64,000 bases of DNA from Schizochytrium sp. TIO01 (lineage: Eukaryota; Protista; Bigyra: Labyrinthulomycetes), in NCBI GenBank assembly GCA_004764695.1, contig SMSO01000031.1, positions 5,934,761 through 5,998,760 of the forward strand. Reading direction: 5' to 3'. The translations under genes and the position numbers were made by a program. Of this stretch, positions 45,188-56,677 are shown one piece after another. Numbering within the stretch: position 1 is the first letter of the stretch; each line of letters begins with the position of its first letter. Under the pieces are notes generated by a model that worked only from the letters and a program-made list of their open reading frames with translations, ran no database searches and was not told the DNA's origin.

Positions 45188-48034
45188 CTACGAGCGATAA
45201 AAGGCAGAAGAGGAGTTAATGTTGTTGTTGTTGGGCTGGTGCTGGGAGTACTGCTGAGGCTGCATGTTATGATACGAGGTGGGTCCTTGCTGAAAAGACG
45301 CAAACTGGTTCTGCTGCGTATTGTATCCACCCTTCATATTCGCGGGTCCGGAGCCAGGGCTCTGGCGGCCCATGCCTTGCTGACCCTGTTGACCCTGTTG
45401 GCCTTGTTGACCCTGCTGGTTCTGCGGGGTCTGCTGGCCTTGCTGCTGCATATGTCCTTGCATGCCAGACTGCTGCTGGCCACGGACACCCTGCTGGTTC
45501 TGGCCCTGCTGCATCATGTGAGGCTGCTGGTTCATTCCCGGAGCTTGTCCGCCGAACATGTTGGCAGAGTAGGAGTCGTAGCCACGGTAGAAGTTCGCAG
45601 GAGGGTAGTAGTTGTGGTGGTGGAAGTAGCTGTACATCTGGTTGTAAGGAGTGTAGTTCGGGTTGTACTGGCTGTAGTTGCTCTGCTGCTGTCCCTGGGG
45701 CGGCGCCTGCTGTTGCTGTCCCTGGTTATGCGGCTGCATCGGCTGGTGCGGCATCTGCTGCTGTTGGGGGGGCTGCATACCATGGGGTGGCATACCCTGG
45801 TGACCAGACTGCTGGTAGTGTTGCTGTTGCTGGTACTGCTGCTGGTACTGTTGTTGCTGCTGCTGGTTCGGCTTGCCAGATCCAGAGCGCTGCTGCTGCT
45901 GAGATCCAGAGGGAGCACTCATGCCGGGGGGAGGAGTTACACCCATGCTCTGCTGGTGGTGGTGCGATGCATAATAGGATCCCTGGTACGGGTCGTTAAG
46001 GCCAGCATTGTAGTATGAATGCTGGTTGTACTGGTCGTTGTAAAAGGGGACAGCAGCCTGCTGCATGTGGTGCTGCTGAGCGTGCTGCATACCGGCCTGC
46101 ATGGGGTTGGAGGCGTGGTGATGCTGCATGCTGTGGTTGAACTGCTGCTGGTAGTCGTGCTGCTGGTACTGCTGCTGCTGCTGCTGAGACATCTGTTGTT
46201 GTTGCTGCTGCTGGGGCACCTGCTGCTGCTGCTGCTGCTGTTCGGGCTGGCGCACGGGGGACTGGGGCTTAGCCGGCTGTTGGACAGTGCTCGGGGAGGC
46301 CTCCACAGGTTGCTGCTCCTCGGCGGCAACGGGCTTCTCGGTAGGCTTAGAGAAGGTTTCCTCGGCAGATGCTGCGGGGGTTTCCTTGGTGGTTTCCTCA
46401 GACTTATCCTTAGCGGCAGCGTCGGCCTGAGCGAGGGCCTTGGTCTCGTAGTCGGTAGCGTTGACTGCCTTGGAGGCGAGAGACTCGTTCACGCTCGGGC
46501 TGGAGGCGCCCTCCATAATGCCAGACATGAAGTTCTGCTGTGACTGGGCTGCAGCGGGTGAGGCCGGTGCTTTGGCGGCGGCGGGCTTGCTCGGTGCGCC
46601 GAAGTTTCCAAACGAGAAGGACTCGCTCGAGGTGATATCGAGGTCAGCAGGCAGCTTGACCTTCTCTTCAGGCTGCACGGGGGCCTGGGGCTCTACAGGT
46701 GCTGTCTCTTGGGCTGTTGTCTGTTCCACTGCGTTTTTGCCTCCCTTGGCCTTGTTGTCGCCTCCACGGCGTCCCTTAGACTGGCGGGCTCCGCGCTTGT
46801 TGTTGCTAGATGCTTTGTTGGCCTCGCTTGCTTGCTTGGCAGGAGCGCTCTTGTCGCTCTCCTCTGCGCCAGCGTCAGCCTTGACGTCTTCAGCTTCGAC
46901 CTTGGTGTCTTCTTCAGCTTCGACAGCGGCAGCAGTCTTTTCCTGCTCCTGCTGGGAAGCAGCGGCGTTCTTCTCGTCTTCCTCGGTAGCGATTTCAGCC
47001 TCGTCCTCGGCAGCAGTCTTGTCAGACGTCTCTGCGGTCTCCTCCTGTTGTGCTTCTGTGACAGCAGTCTTGTCTGCGTCCTCTGCGGTCTCTCCTGCAG
47101 GCTGTGCTTCTGCGGCTCCGTCCTGTGCGTTTCCCGTGGCACTGGCCTGAGTAGCATTGGCAGCAGGCGGCGCGGGTGGAGCAGGCTTGCCCTGCTTAAC
47201 CTTGGAGGCCCATGAGCTCACAGGTGCCTTGGCTGCCTCAGGGGGCGGCACGGGCACGGGTTTGGGGACTCCCTTGATGGGAACCTCGATCTCCGCGGTC
47301 TGCTGGTTTTGGCTGATCTGCTGCTGCGGCTTGGATGCGGCATTCTCGTCACCGGCGTTGGCGCCTCCCGGGCGGTTCTCGGTGGTGGGCACTGCTGCGG
47401 CTTGGGGTTTGTTCACAGGGGCAGCCTGGGCAGCGTTGTTGGCCTGCTCAATAAACTTGGGCGGTCCCTTGTTCCACGCAGAGGATCCGCTCGAAGTAGC
47501 CGCGCGCACCACAGGAGTGGGCTCAGTGGCGGCAGGGGTGATGTCATCGTCCTGCTGTTGGCGGGCAGGGCGGGCTCCGCGGGCAGGGCGTTGCTGCTGC
47601 TGCTGGTCGACACCAGGGCGGGCTCCAGCGCGAGGTCCTCCACGCGCGTATTGCTGTGCGGGGGTACCTGCAGGGCGCTCGCCACGAGCGGCAGTCGGCT
47701 TGCCGCCACGACCTCCTCGTCCGGCAGCAGGGGCTCCGTTATTATGTGCAGCGTTGGTTCCACCTCGTCCGGGCTTGGCAGAAGACGCGGGGGCGCCCTG
47801 GTCGCGCTTCTGTGCGCGCTGGCGGCCCTTGGAGGGTACTGTGGACCAGTCCTCGGTCTCTGCGCCGTTGGACTTGGGCGACCTCCACTTCTCGAGTCGG
47901 TTCATTACACGAGTGGCATCGAGCTTGCACTCCTGCACAATTTTGTTCAACTCTTCCTTCGGGAGGTTAGACGGAATGTAGCCCGCGTTGGCAAGGTTCT
48001 TGACCAACTCTTTTGCCTCGGGAGTTTCCGCCAT
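45188..48034 (-). CDS. UBAP2L/Lingerer/GIP1/Def1-like protein (N-terminal UBA/CUE-like domain, RGG region, FGxFG motif, Q/Y-rich prion-like C-terminus), 948 aa
   Basis: N-terminal helical domain followed by EDWSTVPSKGR, then RGG/GRGGRGG boxes, VKLPADLDITSSESFSFGNFG (FSFGNFG at 46598-46618) and a poly-Q/Y C-terminus; strong GC3 codon bias. Confidence 0.8.
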   Translation of the reverse strand: MAETPEAKELVKNLANAGYIPSNLPKEELNKIVQECKLDATRVMNRLEKWRSPKSNGAETEDWSTVPSKGRQRAQKRDQGAPASSAKPGRGGTNAAHNNGAPAAGRGGRGGKPTAARGERPAGTPAQQYARGGPRAGARPGVDQQQQQRPARGARPARQQQDDDITPAATEPTPVVRAATSSGSSAWNKGPPKFIEQANNAAQAAPVNKPQAAAVPTTENRPGGANAGDENAASKPQQQISQNQQTAEIEVPIKGVPKPVPVPPPEAAKAPVSSWASKVKQGKPAPPAPPAANATQASATGNAQDGAAEAQPAGETAEDADKTAVTEAQQEETAETSDKTAAEDEAEIATEEDEKNAAASQQEQEKTAAAVEAEEDTKVEAEDVKADAGAEESDKSAPAKQASEANKASSNNKRGARQSKGRRGGDNKAKGGKNAVEQTTAQETAPVEPQAPVQPEEKVKLPADLDITSSESFSFGNFGAPSKPAAAKAPASPAAAQSQQNFMSGIMEGASSPSVNESLASKAVNATDYETKALAQADAAAKDKSEETTKETPAASAEETFSKPTEKPVAAEEQQPVEASPSTVQQPAKPQSPVRQPEQQQQQQQVPQQQQQQQMSQQQQQQYQQHDYQQQFNHSMQHHHASNPMQAGMQHAQQHHMQQAAVPFYNDQYNQHSYYNAGLNDPYQGSYYASHHHQQSMGVTPPPGMSAPSGSQQQQRSGSGKPNQQQQQQYQQQYQQQQHYQQSGHQGMPPHGMQPPQQQQMPHQPMQPHNQGQQQQAPPQGQQQSNYSQYNPNYTPYNQMYSYFHHHNYYPPANFYRGYDSYSANMFGGQAPGMNQQPHMMQQGQNQQGVRGQQQSGMQGHMQQQGQQTPQNQQGQQGQQGQQGQQGMGRQSPGSGPANMKGGYNTQQNQFASFQQGPTSYHNMQPQQYSQHQPNNNNINSSSAFYRS

Positions 48035-48107
48035 TGTGGCTTTGCTTTGTGTTGTGAATATTATATCCAGCCTTCAGCTGGTACCGCTTGTTGTGCGGCC
48101 CACCTGA

Positions 48108-49817
48108 CTGTGTTAAGCAATATCAATCATTTAGCGCGAGAAAGATATGAGTTTGATTGATTGCGTTCATGTAAACATTATCACCGTCGTCGCCACGTTG
48201 ATCCATCATCAATCCATCCATTCCGTACAGACCAGTGAAAGGAAGTCAAAGGTAAGCGCAATGAGACGGGGTTCGTCAGAGGAGCAGCGATGGATGTATT
48301 CAATTGAAGGTCAGATCGGTTGGGTCCGCCCGATTCGTACACAAAAAAGAGAGTGAGGGAGTATCATAATCAATAGAGTTTATAGCAACATCATCATCAT
48401 CATCATTGTTATTAAAGTTGCATCGTTGGTTTCCATAACAGTCCCGAGTGATCAATCGTTTTTTATTTGATTGAGCGCGTCATGGTCATCATCATCATCA
48501 TCATCATCATCGTCATCATGTCAGTCTTTCGTTGTTGCCATTTTCATTCATCGTCTTTCTGCCTTCTCACTCGCCTCGCCTCTTCCCACCTCCTCTTCTG
48601 TCTGTCTGTCTCTTTCTTTCTTCGAGAATACCTTTCATGACGGAGTGCACGCGGATGATAACACTTTCTGTTATCGTCCACGTATACAAGTTTATTATGC
48701 GCCACCTTGGACGTTGGAGAAGGTCTATTGCGTTCTCGTCCGAACAAAGCAGCGACACAGAAACCACACGAGTCTTTCGCAATACAGACCTGACGGGGCT
48801 CTCTGAGTGCGCTGGATGTCTGTATCTTCCCTCCGAGCGCTCCGAGAATAGAAAAGCGTTGATGGTCTACTTCTCTCGTCTCTGTGTCACAAGATGTCCG
48901 TCATAGATATAATAGACTGAAGAAAGAGAAGGAATAAGCAACATAGATATCTTGTTGCTTTGTGTTTTAATTCGACCCAAGAGGTTGGAGGCCAGAGGTC
49001 TTTGCCACGCCTTCTCCGACAGCCTGGTTGATCAAGCGGGCGGCTAGCCATCCTCGTCCGCTCCCATCACGTGAAGACCACCACCTCCGCCATGCGAGCG
49101 ACCAGATCGCTCTCATGCCCTGTGCCTACTGCTAATATGAGCAAACAGAGAGAAGCAATGAAGATGAATATGAGTGAACAGGAGAGAACACCTCTTAAAA
49201 ACACAAACAAAAAGAAGAAGAAGAAGAAGAAGAAGAAGAGGAGAAGAAAGAACAGAACAAGAACAGTGCGAGCCCTTCGATCAATTCATTCATTCATTCA
49301 TTTACTTATTCCAACAGAATGACAATGAATTCAAATCAGTTTATCGCCGCTCTTTCTCCTTTCTTCTTTCCTTCCTTCATTCTTTCATTCATTCTTTCAT
49401 TCCTTCATTCTTTCTTTCTTTCTTTCTTCTCTTTGCCACATAAATAAGATGACGTGAGATGAGATGAGATGAGATGAGATGAGATGAGATGAGATGAGGT
49501 GGGATGTAGCTGCTGCCGGTTTCTGACTCCGCACAATCTTGCCCGTCATTCTCCCTCGCGGAGAGCGCCATCGTCAACGTCTCTCGCAGAGCTGCTTGCG
49601 GCACTCCCACGTCCGCTCGTTCCCGAGGCGACCTTGCCTTGGCTTTCCCTCGCTCTGCTCCTCGGTCGTAGTTTTGCTTGAGCTTGTAGCTGCCGCTGCT
49701 TGTGCTCTCTCGATCTCATTTCATCCTCATCATCCTCTCCACCAACGGCATCTCTTGCCTTCGGACTGCCTCCGCCATACCCTGGAGCTCCTCGAGACCC
49801 TGCCTCCGTGCACGTAC
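48108..49817 (-). other. Candidate ~1.7-kb 5'-UTR intron of the UBAP2L-like gene
   Basis: Minus-strand CAG|GTACGT donor at 49817 in a GC-rich first-exon-like island; ...TTAACACAG acceptor at 48108 (alternative at 48104) just upstream of the ATG at 48034. Confidence 0.55.
49455..49498. repeat. (GAGAT)n pentanucleotide microsatellite
   Basis: About 8-9 units visible. Confidence 0.95.
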
Positions 49818-50586
49818 CTGCCGCGCCTGCGCGCAACTCTGCGCGCTGCGACTCTTGCTTTGCGTCTCGCGCCTTCTCCGGTCGTCCGCGCGCCGCGTTA
49901 GTTGTTGCTGTCTGTATGACTGACTGATTGACTGTCTGACAGACAGTCTCAATGAATGATTGAGCGAATCAGAGATACATAGTACACTATGCATACATAG
50001 TACACTATGCATAGTTAGCACTCAGAGTATACAGAGTATACAGAGTATACAAAGTACGCAAAGTAAAGTATACGTAGGTAACACATTCATTAACTCATTC
50101 ACTTTATAGTTTATTACTATAGTATGCACTCTATCTATTCATTCAATCCATCAATAGACACCATACATATACATACATACATACATTAGATTAGATACAA
50201 CATGCATACTACAGATAGATAGGTAGAAGTAGATAGTTTAAACAATCAAATGAGGGAGTGAAAGAAAGAAAGAAAGAAAGAAAGAAAGAATGAATGAAGG
50301 TATTAAGAAAGTAATACTAACTAGAACTAGCATAGAAAGATCGATCATTAAGCAAGTACGTGAACAAGTGAAACATTTTTATAAAGTTCAATTGAAAACG
50401 AATCGTTTGTTGTACAAACAAAGGAGGCATCAGTTTTAGAGGAACATAGACAGACATTCACTATCTGTCTGTCTGTTTGCGCGTTTCTTTAATCGTCTCT
50501 CTCTTTTTCTCTCTCCAAAGTCCCAAGCAACTAGAGCCTTCCGAGCTATCATATCTCTTGATATCTGATGAAAGTAGAAGCTTCAC

Positions 50587-50590
<4 letters not shown>

Positions 50591-50661
<71 letters not shown>

Positions 50662-50679
50662 CTACTACTACTACTACTA
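50591..50679. repeat. Compound (TTA)n(CTA)n microsatellite
   Basis: About 23 TTA units followed by about 6 CTA units. Confidence 0.95.
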
Positions 50680-51899
50680 TTGTTATAGGAGAGTGCCTTA
50701 GGAAGGAGAGAAACCAAAGCGAAGATCGAAAGCAGCAACACCTTTGATTGTATTGCGTCTCGTAGGACGTGTCTCCGCCTTCTTCAGCTTCTGCTTCTTC
50801 TGCTTCTTCTGCTTCTTCTTCTCCCGTATGGATGGATATTTATTGAGGGGGAGGCGAAATCAAAAATCAGAGAGCGACAAAGATACGCGCAGATGGCCAT
50901 TTCTTGAGCACCTCCTTCTAACACCGTATAAGTAAGAAAGTACCTGCCTTCCTGCCTTCCTGCCTTCCTGCCTGCCTCTAGACTACATAAGGCATGGCGT
51001 ATCTTGCCTTGCCTTGCTTGCTTGCTTGCTTGCTTGCTTGCCATAATGGTGTTGCATACAGTTAGGTTAGTTTGAGACTACCTTTGTTAAGTCAAAGTGA
51101 AAATATTTATGGTTTTTTGTTAATATATATTTTAATTATAAAATAAATAAACAAATAAACAAATAAATAGATAGAAAGAAATATGTGCTCGTAGCTAAAA
51201 TTGAAATGAAGCTAGAATTGCTCTAGCAAGTCCTACTAGCTGCTGGTACCCATCCTAAAGTGCTATTCAAATATTATTATTAGCGATTTTAGTAATGGGG
51301 GTTAGCTAAGATCGAGTTCATTCTCGAAGGCACGGCTGAAGTGGGCACAAGAGAGGTCACTAGTCAGTTATATTCTTCAATGTGTTTGATTGAAATTATT
51401 TTCAAGTAGTTAGGCACTACGAAAATCTATATACATCATACATATATATATATATATATACGTAGTTATACAAAACATTAAAATTAAGAATAAAATTGGA
51501 GATACCAGAAGGGAAGGAATGCTCTAGAACATTCGCAGAAGAGCGGTGTTGGCCAAGGTAGACACTATGCACTTCTATGGGACTGCTACAGACAGAGATA
51601 GCTACCTACCTACCTAAGTAAGTAAAGTGTTGGCATTGGTCAGGCTTTTTTAAATAAAATTAATTAAAATAGCATTAAAAATCTAACCTTTGAAGTGTTG
51701 AAAAGAGTTGCGGCCAAACTTTGAAAGTCTCTATGAGAGAGAGAGAGAAAGAGATATGCTAACGCAAGAAAGCGCATAAAGAAAGACCTCTTTCACTCTT
51801 ACTTTCTTTCTCCCTCCATATGGTTCTGCTGTCACACGTCAGCATAGCAACAAGGTAGTTTATTCTTTGGAATAGATAGTATGGCAGAGGGGAGGGGTA

Positions 51900-51900
<1 letters not shown>

Positions 51901-51964
<64 letters not shown>

Positions 51965-51966
51965 TC
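51901..51966. repeat. (CTTT)n microsatellite
   Basis: About 16 units visible. Confidence 0.95.
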
Positions 51967-52622
51967 CCGCATATTCCGGTCTATCTACTGGTCTGATTAA
52001 TGAGCGAACTAACTACCATCGCTAGCGATACTCTTAATTATGAATTGAAAAAGCAAAGCATTTTACGTTGTATCTCTATACTCCTCAGTAGATACTATGT
52101 ACTACTGTGTTTATGTAGTTCATTTTTATTCTCATTTTTATTTAAAGTTAACTAAAGGCCAACAGTAGTACCGTAGGTGGTAGACCTCTTCGCATTCCAG
52201 CTTGTCTAATGGCAATGATGCTTCAGATCCTCTCGAAGAGGTCTGTGTTTGGCACATCAAAGTTTGGTCTCCAAGTTCTCGCTGACCATGATTTAAATTA
52301 CTACAATATAGCAACTATGATGTATATTTTCCTATTTTCTGTTTTTTTCTTTTTGTTGTTTTTTCAAAGTAAAAAAGTATATATGCCTCGCAGAGAATTG
52401 AAGACTCAGCGGACTCGGACTTTAATTCGAAATACATGCCACAAAGAGAAAGAATAAACGCGAAGAGAGCACAGTGCTCCACCCTAACTAACCTATGTTC
52501 TGTTTTGTTTAAAAGACATGGAATTAAGACTGTTTATCCCAGAGCAGCCCTCCGCTCACTTCCTATAGCTATCACATAACCGCTCTTCTAGGACCCAAAT
52601 TTGAAAAAAAGAGTCGCAAGAG

Positions 52623-52746
52623 AAGCAAAGCAAAGCAAAGCAAAGCAAAGCAAAGCAAAGCAAAGCAAAGCAAAGCAAAGCAAAGCAAAGCAAAGCAAAG
52701 CAAAGCAAAGCAAAGCAAAGCAAAGCAAAGCAAAGCAAAGCAAAGC
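52623..52746. repeat. Perfect (GCAAA)n microsatellite, about 25 units
   Basis: Directly visible; produces the spurious LLCFA ORFs. Confidence 0.98.
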
Positions 52747-53111
52747 GTAGTAGCTTTTCTTCTCCTCTTCTGCCTTTTGGCCGTTCTGACCGCGTTCGCT
52801 GTTGCTGTATGCGCCACGTCGGCCACAGAAGAACCTAACCTGAGTTAGCAAGCGCCTCTTTCTCTGCTTTGTGGGCGCACCATTTCATAATAGAACGAGT
52901 CGCGCCTTTTGTTGCGTCCGCAGAACGAACTGTATTTTGTTTTTGTTTAATAAACAAAATTGTTTCGAAAAATAAAATCAAAGCAATCGTGGTTTTTGTG
53001 TTCAATTTCTAACTTCCGGGTCATTGTTTTTTATTTAAAAACCTTTTTGAATAAAGTAATTATAGGGATATTAGGCAGATTCCTACCTCAGTACCTAACA
53101 AGGTTGGAAAT

Positions 53112-53230
53112 GTTAGCTCGTTAGCTAATTAGTTCGTTAGTTAGTACGTTAGTTAGTCTGTTAGTTAGTTAGTTCGTTAGTTCGTTAGTTAGTTCGTTAG
53201 ATAGTTAGTTCGTTAGTTCGTTAGTTAGGG
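53112..53230. repeat. Degenerate (TTAG/TTCG)n array
   Basis: gttagttcgttagttag... mosaic of two tetramers. Confidence 0.85.
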
Positions 53231-55542
53231 TAGCTGGCCCATCTAATCATAGGAGGAATATGCGGTTCTGAGAGCTCCAAAATGCTCGAAAAGGCCCGCA
53301 GAGAGACAGACCCTAGAGAAGAAAGCACCCGCAATAGGCAACGGCCAGTATGCGTTGTTTGTGCAATATGCATAATAGAAGGAAGGAGTCAAGTTCATGA
53401 AAAACAAGAGAGGCCAATCAAGTTCATTGCACTCCAGAATGATCAAGAAGGGGAGCGAAATAGAAGCAGTTGCGCGTTCTGCCCATTTGCCATATACTCT
53501 GAGGATACTAACAGGACAGGGTAATAGTAGGTGCCTAGCTAGGTACTAGTAAATTGTTTTCTTTTCTTTCTCCCTTTCATAGGTTTCTTTTCCAGTTTTT
53601 CAATCTTCGATGATGCCTATCTATCTATCTATCTATCTATCTATCTCTAGAGTTATTGCTGCGATTGTGGTTATTCTCTTATTATTAGTATTATAAGAAG
53701 TACCCACCCACCCTTCAAGTAAGTGGAAACAAGGCGATGATAGATAGACAGACTATCCATTCCCCTCCTAGGCAGTCCCTAGCTAGTGGCTAGCTGGCTA
53801 GTTGCTCCTATTCTTTAAGCATCCTTGTCCTCATTGGCTTAGTTAGAGCAGAGAAGAAGAAGATGAGCAAACTTGAGGACTGACAGCGTAACAGCCATTG
53901 CAGCAGACCCTTCCCTCCATCAATCGATCGATTGATTGCCATCCCACTTTGCGTCAGTCTGTTTGTTTGTCGTATGTCTGTATTTCTTGCCCACACTGTT
54001 TCTTCATGGACATCATGACCAGAGAGGTGGATTGCACAAGAAAGAAACAAGCCATAGTCAACGCAATCAACGGCAAAGTGGGCCACGCTGAAGCTCACTG
54101 ACTGAGAATGTATTTACATAATATACATACATAATGGGCTAACTCAGTGTATATATCTAACTTACAAACTTTTTTAAAATTAAAAGTTGAACAAACTAGC
54201 TAACCGACTAACTAAAATTACAACACTCTTAGCGAATTACTCTTAGGTATTTACTTAGGTGCCTACTATCTGCTCTCTAACAGCGTAGTTCTAGTCGAGT
54301 CTAGGAAAGAATAGCCACATAACTAGGAGACTCTTAACCACAGGTGCTGTATGTGATACCTATGCGGTTTCTCCCATCCAAGAGTCTTAGAACACATACT
54401 AACATAGTTGCTAGCAATGACACTAACAGCGAGGTGATGATAACCAGACACGACTACTATTGTTAGATAGAGTATAGAGGTACCCTTTTTTCTTTGCTTC
54501 CCGGACACTAATGATTGCATCAACGAACTCGAAGAAAGACTCGTCCAATTGCGCGCATGGGCTTTAGTCAGGCAGAAACTCAACTTGTGTGTTTTATTGA
54601 AAGTCGGAAGTGCATTTCATTGAGAGGGCTGCGTTCGGGCTTTCACAGCCGTGGAACGAAGGAAAGGAATTAAAGCATTCTTTAGCTGGTATCTACTCCA
54701 ATAAGTAAATCTAATTTTGTAAAGCGAAACAAGATATTGAGAGCGAAAAACAGTTATGAAGCACAGCAAAACAGAGCAAGGTTCAAACTATGTGACCGAG
54801 AATCAGATCAACCAAAAATAAAATAAAATCGAGCAACCCTGATGAAAGAAAACAAAGAGACGCTCCCGAACCAGTGAGATGGGACCAGGATTGATATATA
54901 CGAAATCAAGGGCTAATGAGACGTATCCTCTGATGCTCATCACAACATATTAGGTACCTGAATTACAGTGATAGGCGAAACATGAAAGATGTCATTTGCT
55001 GAGTTCTGAGAATGCGGACGTAACAAGCCTTTTTAAACCTACTTCTCTTAAAATTTGTATGTTCATTATAGTGCTCCCAGTGTATCTCCACGAATCCCTT
55101 ATTTTCTGTTCACTTTTTTTTTTCAATGAAGAAGGGAATGGGAGATCTCTTGTGTAATCTAATATGGCTTGTCATCAGCTGGGGGCACCTTTGCTTTCAA
55201 CTATTGCAACCAATCAAGCCACCAAGAACCATTATTATTATTATTATTATTATTAATTAAATTTTAATTAGAAATAGTCACGAATAATTCAAATTGATTT
55301 GTCAACTACATTTAACCTGTGTGCTCATTTCTATCAACTACTAATATAATTGGAACAATCACTTCTAATACAAACTATTTTTCTTAGGTCCCTACTCATC
55401 AAATTAACACTTAAGTCCATTTTCATTCACCAAAATTTCTTAAGTCTACCATGGCATGCTTAAGCGAAGTTATTCGATTTTCTTGTAGTCGCCATGTGGA
55501 CCTGCTGATCACTTTTGTTCAACCTGATCTTTCTATAACTGG

Positions 55543-55640
55543 TTTGTCCTTCTTTAAAATGTTGATCGTCTCCGTTTTCTTGATCAGTGAATTTGTCCTT
55601 CTTTAAAATGTTGATCGTCTCCGTTTTCTTGATCAGTGAA
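55543..55640. repeat. Perfect 49-bp tandem duplication (2 copies)
   Basis: TTTGTCCTTCTTTAAAATGTTGATCGTCTCCGTTTTCTTGATCAGTGAA at 55543-55591 and 55592-55640. Confidence 0.95.
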
Positions 55641-56677
55641 TCTCACTTCGCCCTTCTGTCTCTTTTAAGGTTTTATGGCGTGGCATTCGCATTTGTGCTG
55701 ACGTTAAGTTTTGTAGTGGAAAATGGGTAAACGTCCAACTATGCAATTAAAATAGGCAAACTTCTTGGGAGATTGTTGAATGTTAGTGATCTATTGCACT
55801 GGTTCCCACAAGTCATTTTATGAACTTAGTGTAACAGTATCTCGATGTCTACTTGCATGGAAGTCTTGCTCTTTTTGTGAACCCTTCTCGTTTTTTATAG
55901 CGCATGGCATCTCCCAAGGTACCTACATATCATTGAATGAATTCAAGTTTCTACGAAACATGCAGTTAAGTTATCTCTAAAATCGTAAGCGAAGTAGGTA
56001 GCTAGCTAGAAGTATTTACCCAACCAGTGATACTATTTTGCTCTTGGTGTGGTCTATAATCATCTAAATATCTAAGCAGGACACAATTCGTTTGGCTCTT
56101 AGGCACCTAGTGCGCGACACGTCCAGTCAGCTCCTTGAAGTCCCGAGTAGGTCTCTCTCTACCACGCGAGCCGACCTCAATGCCCTTGAAAGAGTGCCGC
56201 CAACACTGCTCACTCAGATTCGACCCAACCCAGTGCACTAGCTAGCTAGCTACCTACTAGCTCGAGCTAGAGACTATTGCAAATTGCATCCCTCGTGTGG
56301 CAGAGGATGAAAAGCAGGAAGGCCAGAAAGAAAAGAAAAGACGTTTGTTGTTCGCAAGCACCTGCCAAACTTACAGCTTGATAGTTGACTGATTTACACT
56401 AGACAAAGTGAAATTTATACAATAGCTAAATGCATTACAAGTGAAGTAAATTCAATACAAATACCACTATTCTAAAGTGGACGAACTTCAAGGTCCTCTT
56501 AGAAGTTACCTAAGAGCTATTAGTTTTTCTTGTTTTTTTTAAAAAGCACATATAATATAATTAACAAGAATGAATTATCGTGCTTGGCAATTCCGCGCAA
56601 CACGAGTGGCGCTCGTGAGCAAAACCTTGCGCACTGCTTGGTTTCTTGCAACGTAGAGAGCTACAACAGCCCGAACG

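Noticed and set aside
45239-48160. Multiple long plus-strand ORFs rich in L/V/A
   Set aside because: Antisense shadows of the GC-rich, CAG-rich UBAP2L-like gene
52556-52851. LLCFA-repeat ORFs
   Set aside because: Translations of the (GCAAA)n microsatellite
53112-53230. TTAG array as an interstitial telomere
   Set aside because: Units are TTAG/TTCG tetramers with only one terminal TTAGGG; not a telomeric repeat tract
55543-55640. Direct repeats as a CRISPR-like array
   Set aside because: Only two adjacent copies, no spacers, eukaryotic context and no cas genes
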